Sequence record: OM313460
Direction: 5' to 3' (one strand)
Origin: Escherichia phage vB_EcoM_IntR
DNA: 52,782 bases
The notes below the pieces were generated by a model that was not told where the DNA came from, did no database searches, and saw nothing but the letters and a program-made list of their open reading frames with translations. The position numbers and the translations under genes are program-made. Below are positions 46,305 to 52,782 of the stretch, piece after piece. How positions within the stretch are numbered: position 1 is the stretch's first letter; each line of letters begins with the position of its first letter.

Positions 46305-47210
46305 TTACAGCAGTTCTGCTTTCATGGCAGCGATACCATCAAGCAATGCTTTGATGTCCGGATTAGATGCTGCCAGGTCTGCAACAACTGACTGACGACG
46401 ACGTTCCAGCTCTTTCTCAACTTCCAGGTCGAGGCGTGCTGATGCTTCACGCAATAAGGTTTCAACCTGCTGACGACGCTGGTACTTGTTAAAGTCAGGT
46501 ACATCAACCAGCCATTTGAGAGTTGCAGTATTATAGCCAGAAGTATTGGCTGCACTTACAGACACAACGTCAACCAGCTTAGTACCGTTTAAGTCCGGAT
46601 AGTTAACATTGCGAACGTCAACAACTGCTTTGTCGCCTACACTTACTTTGCCGATGTACTTGTATGTGTACACACGACCATTCGGTTCAAATTTAACACC
46701 GACGAACTTCAGTTTGTCGTCGGCAATAACTTCTTCCTCAACTTTGAAGTTGATTGCTGTGTTCTTGACAGGTGCAGCCGCTTTGAGCTTAGCAACCATG
46801 TACTGTTCGGAATGAGCAGGACGGCACAGACGGAATACGTCTTCATTGTACGTCAGCCAGTTACCAGTCTCATCCATGCATGCAATCTGATTAGTGCCAT
46901 CCAGCGAACGAACACCCGGACGATTCTTCTCAACACGATACAGCTTACCTTCTTTCAGGTTAGCATAAGAACGGCGGGCGATACCCCAGTTGTGTTTTTC
47001 AGATTCATACTTAGCGAAACGGTCAACACTGAAGTTCTGCTTCAGACCACGGTCGTCAATTACCCATAAGTTATCGTAAGCACCGCCGAAAGAACCCAGG
47101 TTGGCATACACTTTGCCCTGCGTCAACAGGGAAGTGTTTCCCTCGTCAACACAGATAACAAAACCCAGAGCTTCGTGTGCTTTACCGCTGCGGTCAAATA
47201 CTGTAGTCAT
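46305..47210 (-). CDS. hypothetical protein
   Basis: 301-aa ORF, AAGGAAA RBS. Confidence 0.55.
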   Translation of the reverse strand: MTTVFDRSGKAHEALGFVICVDEGNTSLLTQGKVYANLGSFGGAYDNLWVIDDRGLKQNFSVDRFAKYESEKHNWGIARRSYANLKEGKLYRVEKNRPGVRSLDGTNQIACMDETGNWLTYNEDVFRLCRPAHSEQYMVAKLKAAAPVKNTAINFKVEEEVIADDKLKFVGVKFEPNGRVYTYKYIGKVSVGDKAVVDVRNVNYPDLNGTKLVDVVSVSAANTSGYNTATLKWLVDVPDFNKYQRRQQVETLLREASARLDLEVEKELERRRQSVVADLAASNPDIKALLDGIAAMKAELL

Positions 47211-47324
47211 TTCTTGTTTCCTTGTATACCAGTTTGATTGTATGCCAGAGACATTCCCTGCGCATGTGCTTTATTGCTTAACCGTTAAAGACATTATATC
47301 ATTAGTGAGTGGTGACGTACACAT

Positions 47325-47615
47325 TTATTTTAAGGCAGAAGTGCAAATAGCATCACACAAACAATAATGAGCACGGTCGTAGTCTTCAAACAAGAACACT
47401 TCGCCGTTGGCGACTACTTCAATATCGTTAACTTGCATGCTGATACCAGAATGCAGGAGCACATCCATAGCCTGGTCCTTGTTCTTGTACGGGTCCCAAA
47501 TAAGCTGGAAGCCTGACCCGCAAAGGAGACATCCCTTGAGCTCCGGAAGAGTTGACTCCTTCACAGTCACATTACAAATCTTAGCCAGTTTAGCACGAGA
47601 ATCGAGAGTACTCAT
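47325..47615 (-). CDS. hypothetical protein
   Basis: 96-aa ORF, ATGA-coupled to the upstream gene. Confidence 0.45.
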   Translation of the reverse strand: MSTLDSRAKLAKICNVTVKESTLPELKGCLLCGSGFQLIWDPYKNKDQAMDVLLHSGISMQVNDIEVVANGEVFLFEDYDRAHYCLCDAICTSALK

Positions 47616-47902
47616 TTACGTTTACCTTTACGTTTGTGTAGCGGAGTATATGTTTTCTTTGGTACGCCAAACATGGCCGCATATGTACCGACTTCTTTCT
47701 TTGTTGGCTTATCCACAATTTCGTCAATCACGATTAAGTCATGGTCGATATTGCGAAAGACTTCAGCCGCTCTTTTCTCAACAGGAGTAAAGTCAATAAC
47801 CAGCTCTTTGCCTATCAGGCTTTCTTTGAGCTTGTCAAATAGCCATTTGTCACGCGGACCAGGATTGCCCATAAACATAACACGCATCTGCTTATTGTCC
47901 AT
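47612..47902 (-). CDS. hypothetical basic protein
   Basis: 96-aa ORF with Lys/Arg-rich C-terminus. Confidence 0.45.
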   Translation of the reverse strand: MDNKQMRVMFMGNPGPRDKWLFDKLKESLIGKELVIDFTPVEKRAAEVFRNIDHDLIVIDEIVDKPTKKEVGTYAAMFGVPKKTYTPLHKRKGKRK

Positions 47903-47992
47903 GGATGATATACCCCGTTATTTGTGTTGCCAGGTACAAACCGTATACCACACACCCAACTAGTATGGCATCAAGAATCAGATGAGCTATCT

Positions 47993-48295
47993 TTACGTTT
48001 GATCACCGGCCTTGACTGTAACGTTACGGCTGTTAACCACTTCCAGGCTGGTGCCATCATTTTTGTGGGTTACACGAATAAACGCAACACCCTCAGCCTG
48101 TGCCTGCTCAATAGCTTTATTCAGCACAACATTATCCTGTACCATATGACGTACGCGAGGAAGGATATTACAAAGAGGTTCCATCTCATCCATTCCTGCA
48201 GTACGCATGACTGACTTGAGAATGCCAAGATGATGCTTATAACGGTCTTCAAGATTATACTTCTTGCTGTTATGACTTTTACGTTCTGCTGCCAT
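47993..48295 (-). CDS. hypothetical protein
   Basis: ATG at 48293-48295 with GGAGA RBS (ORF-track start 48307 is TTG). Confidence 0.45.
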   Translation of the reverse strand: MAAERKSHNSKKYNLEDRYKHHLGILKSVMRTAGMDEMEPLCNILPRVRHMVQDNVVLNKAIEQAQAEGVAFIRVTHKNDGTSLEVVNSRNVTVKAGDQT

Positions 48296-48314
48296 GTAAG
48301 TCTCCAAAAGTCAA

Positions 48315-48333
48315 GGGGCTTGTGCTAAGCCCC
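48315..48333 (-). promoter_or_regulatory. intergenic hairpin
   Basis: GGGGCT-TGTGCTA-AGCCCC between the 48340..48789 and 47993..48295 genes. Confidence 0.4.
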
Positions 48334-48339
48334 GTCTAA

Positions 48340-48789
48340 TTACTCGGCTTCTTCCGTAGCTGCCGGGGTGAATGTTACAGTCGGAATACCAGGCGAGGTC
48401 TTCACAACAGGGTCGACGATAGCCAGTTGTTCTGGTGTCAGGTTACGGTATGCAGTAACTGACATTTCATACTTGGTTTTAAACAGCTTGGCAACAACAG
48501 TCTTCGGTAACTTCTTCATTACGTCAGGCACAAGCTTCTGGTCTAGCGAGCGGTTAACCTTCTGCTCAACCTTGAGTTTACCAGGTACGCCATGCATGCT
48601 GAACTCAACCGTTAGTGTACCTTCTTTACCACGATTGATAATCATGTCGCGTTCAAGACGTGCTTTAATGGTCCGGCGCAATGTCTCCTGGTTAGCTTTC
48701 GCCTGTGCCATCCAGCGGTTCAGATTCGCCAGCTTGTCGTACAGCTGTTCCGTGTCCATCGATTCCAGTTCTTGTGGGTTCAGTGCCAT
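48340..48789 (-). CDS. hypothetical protein
   Basis: ATG at 48787-48789 with GAGGAAA RBS (ORF-track start 48828 is upstream). Confidence 0.45.
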   Translation of the reverse strand: MALNPQELESMDTEQLYDKLANLNRWMAQAKANQETLRRTIKARLERDMIINRGKEGTLTVEFSMHGVPGKLKVEQKVNRSLDQKLVPDVMKKLPKTVVAKLFKTKYEMSVTAYRNLTPEQLAIVDPVVKTSPGIPTVTFTPAATEEAE

Positions 48790-49060
48790 CAGTTGTTTCC
48801 TCAGGTTGCATGTGCATAGTTGCACCAATTAGTAGACAATAGTTATTGAACATTGTACGTAGTGCCTGGCCCGCAACAATATCCGTTATGTCTATTATAC
48901 CACTTTTAGTGGTGACGCGTAAAGCTTTTTCTTTCTTTGTTTTTTCCACGAATGCAATGCTGATGATTTCTTCCGCATGTATTACGTGGATAGTACCTGC
49001 AAACTCACCAGTCTTAGCTGGTGCCTGGTACACTAACGACATAGACGGTTGGTTACTCAT
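48692..49060 (-). CDS. hypothetical protein (3' end overlaps the next gene by ~98 nt)
   Basis: 122-aa ORF, weak RBS; the long overlap makes the true stop uncertain. Confidence 0.3.
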   Translation of the reverse strand: MSNQPSMSLVYQAPAKTGEFAGTIHVIHAEEIISIAFVEKTKKEKALRVTTKSGIIDITDIVAGQALRTMFNNYCLLIGATMHMQPEETTDGTEPTRTGIDGHGTAVRQAGESEPLDGTGES

Positions 49061-49070
49061 TTAATTACTC

Positions 49071-49508
49071 TTATTTATATAAGTCCATCCAGTTACGATA
49101 CTCGTCATAGAACCGGTCAAACTCGGTTTTGGTGAGTGCGATAGCAACACCATTTACCAGATGCATGGTTCGTGTTTTGATGTTGACATACATGACGTTG
49201 CTGTACGGGAACAAGCTACCGTCATTGTCAGTGAAGTAAGTCGGTGTGATATGAAGCGCATCGCGCAATGCAACCAGCGCTTCAACAGCTTCTGCATGAC
49301 CTTCGCGGCGGAACGTCATGCAAGGCGGTGCACCGTCTTCGTCCTGGGTACCGCGCAAAGTAAGGTATACAATTTCAGCAGTATCATTGTGTACAATTAC
49401 GCTGATGTCAACGATGTCGCTGGTACGGAAGGTAACAAAGTGCTCTTCAATTACTTGTTCGTCGGTATTAGGACTGACGCCCTGAAAGGTCTTGAGTGTG
49501 TGAAACAT
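49071..49508 (-). CDS. hypothetical protein (first gene of the leftward block)
   Basis: ATG at 49506-49508 with GGAGA RBS (ORF-track start 49592 is upstream). Confidence 0.45.
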   Translation of the reverse strand: MFHTLKTFQGVSPNTDEQVIEEHFVTFRTSDIVDISVIVHNDTAEIVYLTLRGTQDEDGAPPCMTFRREGHAEAVEALVALRDALHITPTYFTDNDGSLFPYSNVMYVNIKTRTMHLVNGVAIALTKTEFDRFYDEYRNWMDLYK

Positions 49509-49539
49509 TGGTTGTATCTCCTTAACAGAATGTAAGTCT

Positions 49540-49568
49540 ATTATGTATATAAAGGAGGGGAAAGTAAA
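49540..49568 (-). promoter_or_regulatory. sigma70-type promoter on the minus strand (TTTACT-N17-CATAAT)
   Basis: Reverse complement of 49540-49568 reads TTTACT-17 nt-CATAAT; divergent from the + promoter at 49602-49631. Confidence 0.5.
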
Positions 49569-49601
49569 TAGATATAAATGTATAAAATACATAAAAGTCT
49601 A

Positions 49602-49631
49602 TTTACTCTGGTTTAATAACGTGTATATAAT
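49602..49631 (+). promoter_or_regulatory. sigma70-type promoter (TTTACT-N18-TATAAT)
   Basis: TTTACT 49602-49607, TATAAT 49626-49631. Confidence 0.5.
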
Positions 49632-49661
49632 GAGAGCCTCACAAACAAGAGGAGAGACTCA

Positions 49662-49994
49662 ATGATAAAGCCAAAGCTGTTGCGGCATATTCGCAACGGT
49701 ATTAAGCTACTCGCCGAAGGCAATGAATATGCCTGCAAGCAACGCGGTATTACAAAAGTCGGCCTGTTCAATAAAGAGTTACCGACTCGCTACTTTACCA
49801 AATCACCACTAACACTCGTACCTGCAGCGGAGTATTATAAAGACCCCGAAGCAGCTCGGGCTAAAATCAAGGAAGGTCTTGACCGACTTGTAGAGGAAGG
49901 CTATTTGACAGTACGTCAACACACTGAATCATCTTATTACTACAAGCCAACTTCTAAGGTAACCAGCAATGACAATGACGAGTCAGCCGAGTGA
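49662..49994 (+). CDS. hypothetical protein (possible DNA-binding regulator)
   Basis: 110-aa ORF with AGGAGAG RBS immediately upstream of the primase-helicase gene. Confidence 0.45.
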   Translation: MIKPKLLRHIRNGIKLLAEGNEYACKQRGITKVGLFNKELPTRYFTKSPLTLVPAAEYYKDPEAARAKIKEGLDRLVEEGYLTVRQHTESSYYYKPTSKVTSNDNDESAE

Positions 49995-52503
49995 TATTCT
50001 CGGTCTGAAATACTTTAAGCCAGAAGGGATTCCCCAAGTCTTCAAAGATATGAAGCGCTGGGCTATCTTTGAGCTGACGTACGAAGACGAGACTCTCGAA
50101 GTTCAATCCAAACCTAAGAAACCTGCAAGAGCGCCATCAGGCCGTTCCTTCAGCACAACTGTGCCTGAAGAGTGGATGACTTTCGACGACGCCCTGTCAC
50201 GTTGTATTCGCAATCGTGAAATGAAGATTAAAGCTGTACAGGGGAATATCACCTTTGTGCCGGCTTTGGTTGTTCCTCGCCAGTGGTACTTTGTTGACCT
50301 GGACAACCATGAAGATAACCCAGACATTGAAGCTACCCACAAAGCGATAATTGAAGGGACTCGTGGTGCTTATGCCGAGACGTCAATCTCTGGCAAAGGG
50401 CAACACATTGCAATCCCTTTACCCTGGACTGCAGCAACATCTAAAGAGAAAGACGAACAACTGGACATCAAAATCCAGAAGGCTGAGATGTTCCTGGTAA
50501 TGACAGGCAATGTATTGAGTGAGTTCAATGCTAATCCTGTTTCAGCCCGTGAATGGCATGCAGCAATTGAGAAGTTCTTTCTTGAATCAAGCGCACCTGA
50601 TATTGATGTTGAGTTTGAGCAAGACGAAGACCGTGGCGAAGAGTATGACAAAGAGCTGTACGAACAGCTAGCCGACAATACTCGCTGGGCGCTTGAGCAC
50701 TATCTTAGCGACTACGCACCAGACGGTGTTGGTGTGAGTAATGACGGTTCTGAACGTTTAAGCCGTATCTTAAAAGACTTGCTTCGTGTAACCCGTAACT
50801 ATGAAGTTACACAACGCATCTTCATGGCCAGCAAAGCTGCAGCATACGAAGGTCGTCGTGCAAGTCGACATAGTTTGTCTGTTGACAAGTACCATCAGTG
50901 GTTCAGTCGTGTTGGTAAGACTGTGCTGAAAGAGATGCAACGTGATGGCTTATTCGTCAAGACCAAGTTTGCTCTTGACATCAACAAAGAGTTAACCAAG
51001 AATTCTGGGGTGTCACTGGCTGAGAACGTTGAGTTCAAAGTCAACGACGATATTCTGCCATCTGACGTATTTGTCAGAACGGCCCCGTCCGGGTTTAAAC
51101 GGCTTATTGCTGAGATACAGGATAACATATCTCCGGCTAACAGGGTTAACGACTATGCAATTGGCACAGCTCTTAACATCCTGAGCAACTGCGCCGGTCG
51201 TAAGTATGTTTGTCCAGTAGGCGGTCATGCTAACTTCCTGGTAACCAACATCATTCTTGTGGGTGGTTCATCAATCGGTAAATCGTTGTATACCGAGATG
51301 TTCCCACAAATCCAGGCAAGTTTACCTGACACATCGCCTATCAGCCTTAATCGTATTCCAAGGGAACAGACTTTTGCAACCAGGACGTTCGCTGAACTGA
51401 TGGCTAACCCGTCATACCATTCAGTCCAGTTGTTCTACCCTGAATTTGGTCTGGCTTTAGGTTCTGGCTTACGCATGAATCCTAACAACCCTGACAACTT
51501 TCAGAAAGCTCTGATGGACGCTTCAACCAAGCGTAAGGTTGGCGGTATACTGACAGGTATCAAACGTGCTAATGCTGACAATGATGTCAAGACAGTAAGC
51601 GAACCATGCTACTCTATCCTGGGGGACTCAACTCAAGAGCTTATCCTTGACAACACCCGGAAGCAAGACTTCTCAAGTGGCTTTTTGCCCCGCTTCCTGT
51701 TCATCCCGAACTATGAGCGAGCGGAGTTTGCCAAACCTGAGAAGGTAGGACGTCGCCAGCAGATTCGCCGTACTCAATTCTCCAAAGAGCTGATTGAGAA
51801 ACTGGAAGCAATCGCTTATGTGAATGCTATCCCGCCTAACGGTAAACTAAGGCACGACCCGATTCCTATTTACGACGAATCGGATGATGATGACTTCCTG
51901 TACGAATACCAGTGCAATATTAATGATATGCGCCAGTATTACAGGGATAACGAAGTAGCATCTGCCTTTGTGGGCCGAATGGGCGAGTATGTATTCAATA
52001 TAGCAGCACTGATTGGACTACTCGATAACTGGGATGCTCCTGTTATGACCAGGGACAACATCGAATGGGCTTACAAATATGTTCTTCGTTGTATAACCGC
52101 CTGGGTCAATAACACAAGCAGGATAGTCGCACCACCAACTACCAACGCCGAAGTAGTGGACGGCTTCCTCAAAGTCTACAGGGACATTTTGGCCCTTTAC
52201 ACCAAAAGAGGATGGAACGGTATTGTTAAGCATTATCCTGAGGGTGTTGTGAGAAGTATCCGGGAAGAACACCTCCAGATGAATGGTTTAAGCATATATG
52301 CTATTCGTCAGTCTTTGAGCTGGTTTAAATCGAATTACGGTTTTAATATCACAGCTAACAACAAAGTCATTGACGGTATGCTGCAGGATATGATTGACCA
52401 GGACTATTTAGCAGTTCAAATATATAAGCCCACAAGAGGCCGATCTGCTAACATTTACTGCCTGACAGAGCGAGGATATGACACTGCTAAGAAGTTAAAA
52501 TAA
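49969..52503 (+). CDS. DNA primase-polymerase / SF3 helicase fusion
   Basis: Prim-pol motifs WYFVDLDNHED (hDhD) and SISGKGQHIAIP (sGxGxH); C-terminal P-loop ILVGGSSIGKS. Confidence 0.75.
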   Translation: MTMTSQPSDILGLKYFKPEGIPQVFKDMKRWAIFELTYEDETLEVQSKPKKPARAPSGRSFSTTVPEEWMTFDDALSRCIRNREMKIKAVQGNITFVPALVVPRQWYFVDLDNHEDNPDIEATHKAIIEGTRGAYAETSISGKGQHIAIPLPWTAATSKEKDEQLDIKIQKAEMFLVMTGNVLSEFNANPVSAREWHAAIEKFFLESSAPDIDVEFEQDEDRGEEYDKELYEQLADNTRWALEHYLSDYAPDGVGVSNDGSERLSRILKDLLRVTRNYEVTQRIFMASKAAAYEGRRASRHSLSVDKYHQWFSRVGKTVLKEMQRDGLFVKTKFALDINKELTKNSGVSLAENVEFKVNDDILPSDVFVRTAPSGFKRLIAEIQDNISPANRVNDYAIGTALNILSNCAGRKYVCPVGGHANFLVTNIILVGGSSIGKSLYTEMFPQIQASLPDTSPISLNRIPREQTFATRTFAELMANPSYHSVQLFYPEFGLALGSGLRMNPNNPDNFQKALMDASTKRKVGGILTGIKRANADNDVKTVSEPCYSILGDSTQELILDNTRKQDFSSGFLPRFLFIPNYERAEFAKPEKVGRRQQIRRTQFSKELIEKLEAIAYVNAIPPNGKLRHDPIPIYDESDDDDFLYEYQCNINDMRQYYRDNEVASAFVGRMGEYVFNIAALIGLLDNWDAPVMTRDNIEWAYKYVLRCITAWVNNTSRIVAPPTTNAEVVDGFLKVYRDILALYTKRGWNGIVKHYPEGVVRSIREEHLQMNGLSIYAIRQSLSWFKSNYGFNITANNKVIDGMLQDMIDQDYLAVQIYKPTRGRSANIYCLTERGYDTAKKLK

Positions 52504-52514
52504 GTAGGTAAATC

Positions 52515-52557
52515 AAGGGCTTGGGTAATTGTAAAAATCCTAAGCCCTTATTTTTTA
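52515..52557 (+). terminator. rho-independent terminator
   Basis: AAGGGCTT ... AAGCCCTT inverted repeat followed by ATTTTTT, just after the primase-helicase stop. Confidence 0.55.
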
Positions 52558-52670
52558 AGCTTATTTTACAAACTGATTAATATTTAAACTATAATTAAAT
52601 ATATGGACCCTAAGAGTATGATTTTATTACTCTTTTACAAATCATAATATATGGGCTCCCTATAAAAAGA

Positions 52671-52745
52671 TTAAGGGGGTAATAAGGGGATCCAAGTACC
52701 GGATAAAAGGGGTATATATTTATTTTATTATTATTATTATTATTA
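52671..52745. repeat. AT-rich region with three G-tract iterons and a (TTA)7 microsatellite
   Basis: TTAAGGGGG (52671), ATAAGGGG (52683), ATAAAAGGGG (52703) and TTATTATTATTATTATTATTA at 52725-52745. Confidence 0.55.
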
Positions 52746-52782
52746 TATATTATTAATTATATTAGAAGTAATAAAAACAGCT

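Noticed and set aside
1-52782. CRISPR array, integrase, repressor/lysogeny module, toxin-antitoxin pair
   Set aside because: No spaced direct-repeat array, tyrosine or serine recombinase motifs, or CI/Cro-like pair was recognisable; the window looks like a virulent phage backbone.

Overview
The window reads as a near-complete virulent tailed-phage genome segment (no integrase or repressor seen), organised in five transcription blocks: (i) 1-3760, mostly leftward small acidic early genes; (ii) 3760-4590, an ORF-free control region carrying two ~80-bp direct repeats; (iii) 4601-33739, rightward genes for nucleotide metabolism (DHFR, thymidylate-kinase-like), terminase, portal, scaffold, major capsid, neck, a Mu/P2-like contractile tail and baseplate with a -1 frameshifted chaperone, tail fibre with two chaperone paralogs, and a lysis cassette (2-TMD holin, P1 Lyz-like SAR endolysin, overlapping spanins); (iv) 33756-49508, leftward replication and nucleotide genes (family A DNA polymerase, ThyA-family enzyme, MazG-like pyrophosphatase, SF2 helicase, RecB/Cas4-like nuclease, dCMP deaminase, AAA ATPase); (v) 49662-52503, a rightward primase-helicase, followed by an AT-rich region. 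Transcription appears host sigma70-driven throughout, from a recurring ATTTACT-N17-TATAAT promoter. The most interesting candidate is a cytosine-modification pathway: the ThyA homolog carries Asp at the position equivalent to E. coli TS Asn177, translationally coupled to a MazG-like pyrophosphatase. Other leads are a ~6.4-kb accessory insertion in the tail module (985-aa protein plus two Ig-like repeat proteins), a 570-bp ORF-free transcribed segment with a DnaA box and inverted repeats, and the paired repeats in the control region. All calls rest on motif reading and gene context by eye; no database search or folding was run. Ambiguous bases (N) occur at 540-851.
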